Positions 1 to 8,051 of a stretch of 64,000 bases of DNA are shown here, piece by piece. The position numbers were made by a program, and so were the translations under genes. How positions within the stretch are numbered: position 1 is the stretch's first letter; every line of letters starts with the position of its first letter. The stretch comes from an uncultured Prevotellaceae bacterium (GTDB lineage Bacteria > Bacteroidota > Bacteroidia > Bacteroidales > Bacteroidaceae). The notes under the pieces were generated by a model that was given only the letters and a program-made list of their open reading frames with translations, had not been told where the DNA came from and made no database searches. The stretch lies in the NCBI GenBank assembly GCA_902774925.1, contig CACYKE010000003.1:26281-90280 (forward strand), read 5' to 3'.

Positions 1-449
1 GCACACATATCGACGTTAGAGTCGGAAGCCTCCTTCACATAGTCACCGGCCAGCATACCCAGACCGCCACTGTAGATCTTCAGGGCCGAGTGAATGCCAT
101 ACTCCATGCAGAAGTAAGCGACTGACGGACGTTTGGTGTCGGGCTTCACGTCCATGTACTTACGGAACTTTGCGTAAACGTCTTTGATGCGCTTCATCAG
201 TGCCTTGTCCTTCAGGATTTCTCCCTTACGGACGAACGTTAGTTGTTCCAATAGCATCACGGGGTTGTGCCTCGTCGTATGATAGAGGTCGGTATCGATG
301 TCGCGGAACAGGTCGCGCGCCTCGTGGTTCCACACCCACCACATGTTGCGGGCCATTTCGTCCAAACACTTCAATTCCTCAGGCAGCGTAGCCTTCACAG
401 TCAAAATCTTCCACTGCGGTTCGTTTACGTAGTCAGCTTTTATTTTCAT
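1..449 (-). CDS. alpha-glucan (glycogen/maltodextrin) phosphorylase family protein, N-terminal part; the gene runs off the left edge of the window
   Basis: Absent from the ORF track because it has no stop inside the window. My reverse translation from ATG 449-447 reads [48 protein letters not shown]...[28 protein letters not shown]. The YSGGLG.LAGD motif and N-terminal region are typical of GT35 alpha-glucan phosphorylases. Confidence 0.75.
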   Translation of the reverse strand, partial: MKIKADYVNEPQWKILTVKATLPEELKCLDEMARNMWWVWNHEARDLFRDIDTDLYHTTRHNPVMLLEQLTFVRKGEILKDKALMKRIKDVYAKFRKYMDVKPDTKRPSVAYFCMEYGIHSALKIYSGGLGMLAGDYVKEASDSNVDMC

Positions 450-542
450 ATCTTTTTACAGGTTAGTTTTTGGACTACAAATTTACGGATTATTTCCGAA
501 ACACGAAAGGATTTAACAATATTTTGCATTCTGCATTGCCGG

Positions 543-2333
543 TCAAAGTTTCGGTATCGAGAGAATAAACTGACATCCGTCGGTATATGCTGCGTCGAGG
601 GTAATCTCGCCGCCTATGGAACTGGCGAGTCGCTGACTGATAGCCAGACCGAGGCCGATGCCTTCCTTGAAATTGTCGGATGCCTTCTCGAAACGGCCGA
701 AGATGCGGTCCCTGTCCTCAGGATTGATGCCGACGCCGGTATCCTCGACAACCAACCGCACCTGACGGGCGGCCTTGTCATACTCGCAACGCAGTTCGAT
801 ATATCCCTTCTCCGTGAATTTCTGGGCATTATCAAACAGATGCGTCAGGATGCGGCTCACGGTAGAGGGATGGGTATGCACCATGAAGTCGTCGGCAACA
901 TTGGTGGTAAATCGGGTCTCTACACCCTCGTGGCTGTCGTCTGCCTTTGAATGCAGCAGTTTGCGGCACAGGTCGTTGATGGCGACATCCGTCATTTCCG
1001 AGTCGGGACGCAGGCTCTTCTCGCTCTCACTCTTCGAGAGTTCCAGCACCTCGTTGACAATGGTGGTGATGAGCTCGACATTATAGGTGATGTGCTCCCG
1101 CATGTTTTTCTTCTCCTCTTCGCTCAGCTCGATACCCGGCTGGCAAAGCACGCTGGAGAATCCTCCGATGGCATTCAGGGGCGTGCGTATCTCGTGACTC
1201 ATGTTGTTGATGAATGCCGACTTCATGTGGTTCGACTCCTCGGCTCGTTCAAGGGCAACCTTCAATTTCTTGTTCTTATCCCAGATGATACGCGTCAGGC
1301 GGCGACGCCCCATGATATAGATAATCAGGAAGGCCACACAGATGCCGATGATCCAGTTGGTGAGCCGCCTCACCGACTTTTTATGTTCCATAGCCTCCTC
1401 GCGCGTCCTCATCAGCGACCGCCCCGTAGCCATCTGGTTGTAGTGGGCATCCTGGATAAGACCGAATACAGAATCCATTTCGAAGATCTTGTATTTCATA
1501 GCCTGGAGGCTGTTGTCAATATCTCCTGCATTATGGTAGATCGTTGCAGCCACCAGCGCACTGTCCACATAGACACGGCCCTCCTTCAGCTTGTCGATGG
1601 CTTTCTGGTAGGCACCGTCGAAGGTGAGACGGGCAATTTCTACCATATTGTCATACTGGTGATTGAATGTCGTGTCGCCTTGCTGCCGCAGTTGCTCATA
1701 CTCCCGATAGGTGTTCTCGAAATCCGCCTTGTCGCCATTGAGGAACTGGACATACAGTTTGATGGCCTTCGAAAGTGAGATGTTGTCCATGTCCTCCCTC
1801 TTCACTGCGAGCTGTTCCGCCTGTGTGACGTATTCGATAGCCCTGGCGGGTTCCTTGATACAGAGCAATTGGGCCAGGTCGCGCAGGGTGACCATTGTAA
1901 ATTTGGGATCGCGGTCGTCCACTTCGTCGAGTGCCTGAACGAAATACTCTTCTGCCCTGCGGGTGTCGTGCGAGGCACGATAGATGTTTCCCATCAGGGC
2001 TGTGGCAAGGTAATAATACTCTACGTCCTTGTTTTTTCTGGCATCGGCATCCAGATACTGAGCCGTCACGATGGCACGGAACAGATGTTTCTGCTTGATG
2101 TCGTAGAAACCCTCGTTGGTTTTCGTCTTGTAGTACGACTTCCAGTCATTCGTGCTCTTCAGATATTCCTCAAAGGCATGTGCATGCTGGTAGAAAGCAC
2201 TGTCGTCGCCCTTGTCATAGAGGACACGGAACTGACGGTACATTTGCGAGGCCTTCTTACTCTCTTCTGTCGCCCATGCCCCCTGTGCAACTGCGCACAG
2301 CAGGATGAGAAGAACTGATAACGTCTTTTTCAT
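543..2333 (-). CDS. TPR-containing sensor histidine kinase (signal peptide, TPR-like sensor region, one TM, HisKA + HATPase_c)
   Basis: 596 aa ORF. H-box FINNMSHEIRTPLNAI, N-box LFDNAQKFT, G-boxes EDTGVGI and GIGLGLAISQRL. N-terminal signal peptide and a TM segment (WIIGICVAFLIIYIM). No response regulator is adjacent. Confidence 0.85.
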   Translation of the reverse strand: MKKTLSVLLILLCAVAQGAWATEESKKASQMYRQFRVLYDKGDDSAFYQHAHAFEEYLKSTNDWKSYYKTKTNEGFYDIKQKHLFRAIVTAQYLDADARKNKDVEYYYLATALMGNIYRASHDTRRAEEYFVQALDEVDDRDPKFTMVTLRDLAQLLCIKEPARAIEYVTQAEQLAVKREDMDNISLSKAIKLYVQFLNGDKADFENTYREYEQLRQQGDTTFNHQYDNMVEIARLTFDGAYQKAIDKLKEGRVYVDSALVAATIYHNAGDIDNSLQAMKYKIFEMDSVFGLIQDAHYNQMATGRSLMRTREEAMEHKKSVRRLTNWIIGICVAFLIIYIMGRRRLTRIIWDKNKKLKVALERAEESNHMKSAFINNMSHEIRTPLNAIGGFSSVLCQPGIELSEEEKKNMREHITYNVELITTIVNEVLELSKSESEKSLRPDSEMTDVAINDLCRKLLHSKADDSHEGVETRFTTNVADDFMVHTHPSTVSRILTHLFDNAQKFTEKGYIELRCEYDKAARQVRLVVEDTGVGINPEDRDRIFGRFEKASDNFKEGIGLGLAISQRLASSIGGEITLDAAYTDGCQFILSIPKL

Positions 2334-3424
2334 TATTGGAAGGTGAAGTTTGTTTTCTCCACGCTGTAGCCATAGATGGTCTTGAAGTCATTCTTCATGG
2401 AGATGACGGTGTATCCGGCCTCGCGCCATTTCGCCTCACGACGGGCACCCTCTGCAAGGTCGGCATGGTCGCGGGCATCGTCATCAGCCACGAGCATGAA
2501 GGTGGCGGTGCGGTACTTCGGGTTGCCCATGCAGTAGTTGTGCATGGCACAGTCGCCGCTGCTGTTGCCGAACGACAATACGGGCTGCTTGCCAATCTCC
2601 TGACTGATCTGCCGCACCTTGTTGGTCTTCAGATTCTTGATGATGAGGCTGTCCGTGCGTATCAGATACTCATCCTTGCCCATGGTGTAGTCGACACCGA
2701 CGTTATCGCCCTGTTTGTTGGAACTGAGGCACACGTCCATGCCAATGACCCTGTTGGGCTCGATGCCAATCGATTCCACCAGGGAACGACAGATGAAACG
2801 GTCGGAACCGGACACGACGTAATAGGTGAAGCCGTTGTCTTTCAGGTAGTCGAACACCTCCAGCATGGGCTTGTAGAAGCTCTCAGCATAGGTCATTCCC
2901 TTGAATCCGTTAGCCGGAGTGGCAGCATATTTTTTTACGTAGGTGTCGAACTCTTTGAGCGTCATGCCAGCGTAAGCCTTGGCGGCTGCATAGGCGTGAA
3001 TCATGTCGAAGTGGTCGGGCAGTTTCTTGCCGTTACGCACGAAATCGCGGATGTCCTGTGCTGCTTGGCGCACATCATCGGGAGCCTTGTCCTTGTACGT
3101 GGGATCATCCAAGGCTCTGTATTCCAATAGGTTGTACTCAAAGTATGTGGGATAGAGTTCGCCGATGAACGTGCCGTCCATATCGAACGTGGCAATGCGG
3201 TCCTCCTCCTTGATGTAGTTGCTGGAGTTCGGGTTGGTCACGTCCTCGACATACGCCTTCAATGTCGTCAATGCCTCACATTGGTTCCACAGGGTGAAAT
3301 ACTCTTTCGGTGTTGGCGGTGTTACCGATTTCTTATCATCATCCTTGCTGCACGATGTCAGCAATGGCCCTTGTGCCACCACGCACATCAAGGCGAGAAT
3401 AAGGAAAAAATGCTTCTTTATCAT
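2333..3424 (-). CDS. HAD-superfamily hydrolase, lipoprotein
   Basis: DMDGTF (DxDxT) HAD motif I, and lipobox LLTSC after a hydrophobic leader. I start at ATG 3424 (MIKKHFF...) because the upstream ATG 3460 lies inside the predicted -7 promoter box. Stop TAA overlaps the kinase ATG by 1 nt (TAATG). Confidence 0.75.
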   Translation of the reverse strand: MIKKHFFLILALMCVVAQGPLLTSCSKDDDKKSVTPPTPKEYFTLWNQCEALTTLKAYVEDVTNPNSSNYIKEEDRIATFDMDGTFIGELYPTYFEYNLLEYRALDDPTYKDKAPDDVRQAAQDIRDFVRNGKKLPDHFDMIHAYAAAKAYAGMTLKEFDTYVKKYAATPANGFKGMTYAESFYKPMLEVFDYLKDNGFTYYVVSGSDRFICRSLVESIGIEPNRVIGMDVCLSSNKQGDNVGVDYTMGKDEYLIRTDSLIIKNLKTNKVRQISQEIGKQPVLSFGNSSGDCAMHNYCMGNPKYRTATFMLVADDDARDHADLAEGARREAKWREAGYTVISMKNDFKTIYGYSVEKTNFTFQ

Positions 3425-3457
3425 ATTTTTTGTTGTGGTTAGTGTATTTATAATTTG

Positions 3458-3465
3458 CAAAGGTA
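3458..3465 (-). promoter_or_regulatory. Bacteroidota -7 promoter box TACCTTTG (TAnnTTTG)
   Basis: Plus strand reads caaaggta, about 34 nt upstream of ATG 3424. Confidence 0.5.
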
Positions 3466-3560
3466 CATAATTTCAAACATAACACCGACAAAAAAGTCGA
3501 TTTTAACATAATTTTAAGCCGAATGAGCGTTGGACCGGAATGGTCCAGCTGAGCATAGCT

Positions 3561-5084
3561 TTACTTACGTACGGTGAAGGGTGTACGGGAGGGGTCGTTG
3601 ATGATGCGTGCGGCATGGCGGCCGTCGAAGCGCGTGGGGGCGATGATGAATTCGGGGACGTTGAACGACAGGAAACGGTCGCGATAGAACTGGCGGGGAT
3701 TGCGCTGAGGCAGCATAAAGGCCTTGCTGACGCGGCCGTCGGCATCGACGTGACAGAAATAGGGACGGGTGAAGAGACCGTCGTCGCGGCGGGAACTGAC
3801 GACGAGCCAGCGGGAGTTGGCGGTCCAGTTGTGGAACGATTCCGTGTCGTCGGAGTTGGCCGCGGTCATAGGACGGCTCTCACCGGTAGTGAGGTCGAGG
3901 AGCCAGAGGTCGGCCTCGTGGTGCCAGATGCTGAACTGTCCGTAGTCGGAGAGCGTGTAGCACAGGAAACGACCGTTGTAGGAGGGTCGGGGGAAGGAGA
4001 TAGATTTTTGTTGAGCTGCGGCATCGATGATGGTGTCTATATGGTCGCCGAAGGTTCCTGTGGCAGGGTCGAAATCGATGCGGCAGAGGTTATAGCGAAT
4101 GGAGTCGAGTAGGACCGAAGATTGCTCAGATTGATTGGTTTCGGGGATGGCGCGCGCGGCACAGAAATAGAGCGACCGCCCGTCGGCCGAGAAGACGGGG
4201 AAGGTCTCGAAGATGGAGTCCTGTTTGAGCAGGGGCGAGAGGATGAGCTCGTTTTTCTCAACATCGTAGACCTGAACATCGGAGGCTTCATCGAAGACCT
4301 CGATGCGGTTGGGGTCGGCACTATGGAAGAGTTGACGCGTGGTGTTGGTGGAATAGGCGATATAGCGGCCCGACGGATGCCAGTAAGGATAGACGCAGAG
4401 GCCGAGGGTCTGTGGGGTCTTGGTGTCGTAGGCAGCCATTGACCATTGACCATTGACCATTGACCTTTGACCATTATGTCGTAGCAGGGTGGCACCATGC
4501 GGGCCACGGATGTGGAGGCTCATGTCGGCGGGGTTGCCGCGGTTGAAGCTGTGGCAGTTGACGCAGCCCTCGAACTGGGTATTTTCAATCAGCGCACGCT
4601 CGTCGAACGACGAGAGGTCGCGTTCGTAGATACCCATTTTGCTCCATACCTCGTAGCCCGGTGCTATCAGGCGGTAGCAGAGACCGTAGTCGATACTGTC
4701 GGGGCTGACGTAGAGGACGAAGGGACGGTAGGTGTGCCAGCCGTCGTCGTATTTGGCGGAAACGGTGACGGTGAGCGAGTCGCCGGGGGTATCGCCAAGT
4801 AACGTGTGCCAGTCATCAAGGTCGAAATCGACGGCATCGTCGCCCTGACTGTGCAATTCGTGTCCGTGACGGTCGGTAATGACGGCATCGATGCGCAAGG
4901 CTGTCTCGTCGGCCATATTGAAGTTGAGCGGGGCGATATTGACGGGTATGGTGACACCGATGTAGTCGGGGTATATATCGGGCTGTGCGGCCTCTTGCTT
5001 CGCGTCGCTGACGGTTTCTGTGCAAGCGGCCAACAGCCAACAGCCAATAGCCAATAGCCAGCATCTATATAGAATTTTTTTCAT
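3561..5084 (-). CDS. lipoprotein with a single CxxCH motif and a PD40/TolB-like beta-propeller region (module copy A, gene 2)
   Basis: 507 aa. Lipobox LLAAC; CVNCHS; repeated P.WSPDG-like blades (YWHPSGRYIAYS, FSADGRSLYF, PSYNGRFLCY, WTANSRWLVV). Clear paralog of 6468..8051 (IYPDY..VT.P.NIAPLNF, YRLI.P.Y, C.NCHS, YP.WHP). Confidence 0.7.
   Translation of the reverse strand: MKKILYRCWLLAIGCWLLAACTETVSDAKQEAAQPDIYPDYIGVTIPVNIAPLNFNMADETALRIDAVITDRHGHELHSQGDDAVDFDLDDWHTLLGDTPGDSLTVTVSAKYDDGWHTYRPFVLYVSPDSIDYGLCYRLIAPGYEVWSKMGIYERDLSSFDERALIENTQFEGCVNCHSFNRGNPADMSLHIRGPHGATLLRHNGQRSMVNGQWSMAAYDTKTPQTLGLCVYPYWHPSGRYIAYSTNTTRQLFHSADPNRIEVFDEASDVQVYDVEKNELILSPLLKQDSIFETFPVFSADGRSLYFCAARAIPETNQSEQSSVLLDSIRYNLCRIDFDPATGTFGDHIDTIIDAAAQQKSISFPRPSYNGRFLCYTLSDYGQFSIWHHEADLWLLDLTTGESRPMTAANSDDTESFHNWTANSRWLVVSSRRDDGLFTRPYFCHVDADGRVSKAFMLPQRNPRQFYRDRFLSFNVPEFIIAPTRFDGRHAARIINDPSRTPFTVRK
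4436..4475. repeat. heptanucleotide tandem repeat CCATTGA x about 5.7 (one unit CCTTTGA), in frame inside CDS 3561..5084
   Basis: ccattga ccattga ccattga ccattga cctttga ccatt; encodes NGQRSMVNGQWSM on the minus strand. Confidence 0.95.
5029..5063. repeat. heptanucleotide tandem repeat GCCAAYA x5, encoding the signal-peptide h-region of CDS 3561..5084
   Basis: gccaaca gccaaca gccaata gccaata gccagca; the minus strand encodes CWLLAIGCWLLA. Confidence 0.9.
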
Positions 5085-6502
5085 TGCTTAGTGGACATGA
5101 ATTGATTGAAGCGTTCGCGGTCGCCCGTCAGCATATAGTAAGCCAAGAGGTATTGATAGGCCATGCGATTGTCAGGATTGCGGGAATAGAGGCTTTCGAG
5201 CATCTCGGGGGTCGTATGGTCGCTGAAGTAGCTGTCATCCTTGTAGTTCCACTGGCGCAGGTGCCCGTATTCGGGATGTTTGGCAATGGCCTCTTCATTA
5301 CCCAACAGCGGGAGGGTCTCGTTGGCCCAGTCACGATAGAAGAGGGTCTTCTGCAGGGCCATGAGGTATTTGCGGGCCACCTCGTACTGGCCGTTGATGA
5401 GATTGGTCTGTGCCAGACGCTGGTAACAGCGACCGCTCTTCTGGAAGTCGAGAATGGCCTCCTGAGCCTCGAATACCGTTCGCTGGGCAACATTGATCAT
5501 GCCCAGCTGGTAGAAGGCCTCAGCGGTGGGCAGAGGGCTTGTGGCATCTTCCTTGACGTCGGGCAACAGACCCGCTATGCCATTCTGATTGAAATTACCC
5601 ATTTGTTCCAAGAGCATACCGTTCATTGCCAAGGCTAGATTCTGTACCGTCACACCGATTTGATTGTTGGGCTTTTCGGCACTGATGGTCTGAAGGATGC
5701 GGTTCCACTGCTGGTGGCGCGCCATGAAGTCGTATTGCATCACCTTCTCGGCCTTGATATTGGCGTTTTTCCAGACAAAAGAGCCCATGATGATGGCTAC
5801 GATTGCAAAGGAGAGGTAAGGGGTGAGAGATGAGAGGTGAGAGAAATGTACCTGGCGACGACGGATTAGAAAATTCAACCCGAAAATCACCCAAATAGAC
5901 AGGGCTGCTCCCCAAAGGAGCCACGGAAATACGGTGGGATAGCGGTGGTAGTGTATGCCGGTCCAGAGACTGTCGATGGGTATGGGGAAACATACGGGGC
6001 CTATCAGGAAGTAGAGTAGGGGAATGGCGACGATGAGCAGTATGCGGCATGTCCATCCTTTTGACAATGATACGATAACCCAGACTATGAGCAATGTAAT
6101 CAGGACTGCCCAGACACCACTCATCAGTGCATTCTCGTCGAGCAGATAAAGCCACAGCAGGAACGAAGGTACAAAGGTCAGGCCGTAGGACCATTGACCA
6201 TTGACCATTGACCATTGACCATTGGATAGCCGGAGGGTTAGGAGTTGTATCACCGAGAGCAGAATGGCAATGATGGCAGCGCCTACCCAGGCATAGAGGA
6301 AGAACTGCGTACAGAAACGCCCGAGCAGGTCGGCGATGCCTCCGGGTTGCCTGACAATCTCCCACACATACGTGCTATCGAAGAGGAAAATCTGGTACTG
6401 CTCCTGATAGTGCAGATGATGCGGATAGGTCAGTCCGAAAAAGATGAGGACAGCCACACCGAACAGACTACTTGTCAAATACTTTACTGAATTCATCGAC
6501 AC
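5081..6502 (-). CDS. polytopic inner-membrane protein with a helical-repeat (TPR-like) C-terminal domain (module copy A, gene 1; possibly DUF6057-like, unverified)
   Basis: 473 aa with multiple hydrophobic segments, then a soluble tail. Paralogous to 8035..9864 (shared LFY(R/D)DW region and overall layout). Its stop overlaps the start of 3561..5084 by 4 nt. Confidence 0.7.
   Translation of the reverse strand: MSMNSVKYLTSSLFGVAVLIFFGLTYPHHLHYQEQYQIFLFDSTYVWEIVRQPGGIADLLGRFCTQFFLYAWVGAAIIAILLSVIQLLTLRLSNGQWSMVNGQWSYGLTFVPSFLLWLYLLDENALMSGVWAVLITLLIVWVIVSLSKGWTCRILLIVAIPLLYFLIGPVCFPIPIDSLWTGIHYHRYPTVFPWLLWGAALSIWVIFGLNFLIRRRQVHFSHLSSLTPYLSFAIVAIIMGSFVWKNANIKAEKVMQYDFMARHQQWNRILQTISAEKPNNQIGVTVQNLALAMNGMLLEQMGNFNQNGIAGLLPDVKEDATSPLPTAEAFYQLGMINVAQRTVFEAQEAILDFQKSGRCYQRLAQTNLINGQYEVARKYLMALQKTLFYRDWANETLPLLGNEEAIAKHPEYGHLRQWNYKDDSYFSDHTTPEMLESLYSRNPDNRMAYQYLLAYYMLTGDRERFNQFMSTKQ
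5808..5849. repeat. imperfect heptad repeat (GGTGAGA type) about 5-6 units inside CDS 5081..6502
   Basis: aaggaga ggtaagg ggtgaga gatgaga ggtgaga gaaatgt; encodes HFSHLSSLTPYLSF on the minus strand. Confidence 0.7.
6191..6225. repeat. heptanucleotide tandem repeat CCATTGA x5 (last unit CCATTGG), in frame inside CDS 5081..6502
   Basis: ccattga x4 + ccattgg; encodes NGQWSMVNGQWS. Confidence 0.95.
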
Positions 6503-8051
6503 TGATTTTAACCGGTTCCACCATGAATTCCGGACGGTTGTAACTCTTCAGCAGGAAGGTGTTGTGTTCGGGGTCTTCCTGTGGTAGCATAAAGGCCTTT
6601 TCAAACTTCCCATCGTGGAAATAGGAGAAATAGACGCGGCAGAAATTGCCATCGTCACGACGACTGGCAACCATAATCCAATGGCCATTGCTCGACCATG
6701 AAGGATAGCTGTCGGGGCGGCCTTCACTATTGACGTTGGTCATATCAAGGAAAGTCGGATTTTGTGTATGAGCCGCTATCGAATCCTGGTCCAGCGGCAT
6801 ACAAACGATATCACCATCGTTGTGACGGATATGGAAACAACCATACTGACCCAGGGCAAAGAGCAGATAACGCCCATCGGGACTGACACGTGGCAAGGTA
6901 ACACTCTTGTCGTTCCCGGCAGCGTCGTACACCAGTTCTTCGTCACCGAAATTGTGCGTTGCCACGTCGAACGAACGGCGATAGAGGTTGTATTGCACTT
7001 TCGGGTAGGTGGTACGGATATCTTTGTCGTGCATCTCTTCAGGCAGTGGAATCGTCTTGCAGTAATAGAGCCATTTGCCGTCGGGCGACCAAGTAGGATA
7101 CACCTCCAAGAGCGTGGAATCGTTGCTGACGACCTGCACCGAATCGGTCTCCACATCGTAGAGAATCAGGTCGCTCTCCAGGTCGTAAACCTCAATCTTG
7201 TTGGGATTGAGTGTATGGAATCCCTGTCGTGTCTTGTTCGTCGAGAAGGCTATCAGCTTGGCGGTAGGATGCCATGCGGGATAGACACCCGAGGAGATGG
7301 TATAGTCGCGCTTCAGGTTGACTCTTGAAATCTTGCCGTCGTTCACCAATACGGTACCGCTATTGGCAAGACGCACGTGGAAGAGCATATTGTCGGTCTT
7401 GTAGTTCTGATAGCTGTGACAGTTGATACACTGACCGATCTTCCTGTTATTCATGGTGATCTCGTTGTTGAAGATCTGCGTCTCTTCGAACGTGGTGAGG
7501 TTACGCTGGGCGATTTCCATGAAGGTCCAGGCAACATACGACGGTTCGATGAGGCGGTACGAGATATAATCATCGATGGGTTCCTTCGCCACATGTATCT
7601 CAAAGGGATTGAACGACAGCCATTCCCCCTTCTGTTGCCCCCAAACCTCGACCTTGATGCTCTTGCCCTTTGCCGTGTTGAGCATCTCGTGCCATTCCTC
7701 CTCGGGAATCTGCACCTTTACGCCTTTACCGTAGGTCTGTTGTTGCCCGTCTGGCGTGGTGATACGAGCCACGCATGCCTCGTATTCATCAGCTGGGAGC
7801 ATGAAGTTGAGCGGTGCGATATTGTAAGGCACGGTGACATTGCAATAGTCGGGATAGATGGCCGGCAGACTCTTGACCTCCTTACTGGAAGAAGGCACAT
7901 CGGGGTGATTCGCACACGATGACAAGAATAAAAGTAAAAAGGTAAAAAGGTAAAGAGGTAAAAACACTTTCACCCAATTTCTTTCCTTGTAACTATTACT
8001 TGCTTTCATATTTTTTACTTTTTTACTTTTTTCATTATGACTGTACTTCAT
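6468..8051 (-). CDS. lipoprotein with a single CxxCH motif and a PD40/TolB-like beta-propeller region (module copy B, gene 2)
   Basis: 527 aa; CINCHS; lipobox LSSC; paralog of 3561..5084. The true start may be ATG 8009 (MKASNSY...), which would remove the overlap with the upstream gene. Confidence 0.7.
   Translation of the reverse strand: MKYSHNEKSKKVKNMKASNSYKERNWVKVFLPLYLFTFLLLFLSSCANHPDVPSSSKEVKSLPAIYPDYCNVTVPYNIAPLNFMLPADEYEACVARITTPDGQQQTYGKGVKVQIPEEEWHEMLNTAKGKSIKVEVWGQQKGEWLSFNPFEIHVAKEPIDDYISYRLIEPSYVAWTFMEIAQRNLTTFEETQIFNNEITMNNRKIGQCINCHSYQNYKTDNMLFHVRLANSGTVLVNDGKISRVNLKRDYTISSGVYPAWHPTAKLIAFSTNKTRQGFHTLNPNKIEVYDLESDLILYDVETDSVQVVSNDSTLLEVYPTWSPDGKWLYYCKTIPLPEEMHDKDIRTTYPKVQYNLYRRSFDVATHNFGDEELVYDAAGNDKSVTLPRVSPDGRYLLFALGQYGCFHIRHNDGDIVCMPLDQDSIAAHTQNPTFLDMTNVNSEGRPDSYPSWSSNGHWIMVASRRDDGNFCRVYFSYFHDGKFEKAFMLPQEDPEHNTFLLKSYNRPEFMVEPVKISVDEFSKVFDK
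7930..7961. repeat. octanucleotide tandem repeat AAAGGTAA x4, encoding the signal-peptide h-region of CDS 6468..8051
   Basis: aaaagtaa aaaggtaa aaaggtaa agaggtaa; the minus strand encodes LPLYLFTFLLL. Confidence 0.85.
8011..8034. repeat. octanucleotide repeat TTTTTTAC x3 at the junction of genes 8035..9864 and 6468..8051
   Basis: ttttttac ttttttac ttttttca, directly abutting stop codon 8035-8037. Confidence 0.8.

Noticed and set aside
267-1778. Long plus-strand ORFs (267..950, 951..1778, also 1869..2318) opposite the histidine kinase gene
   Set aside because: They lie antisense to a gene with unmistakable HisKA/HATPase motifs. Their translations are low-complexity with no motifs. These are typical shadow ORFs.
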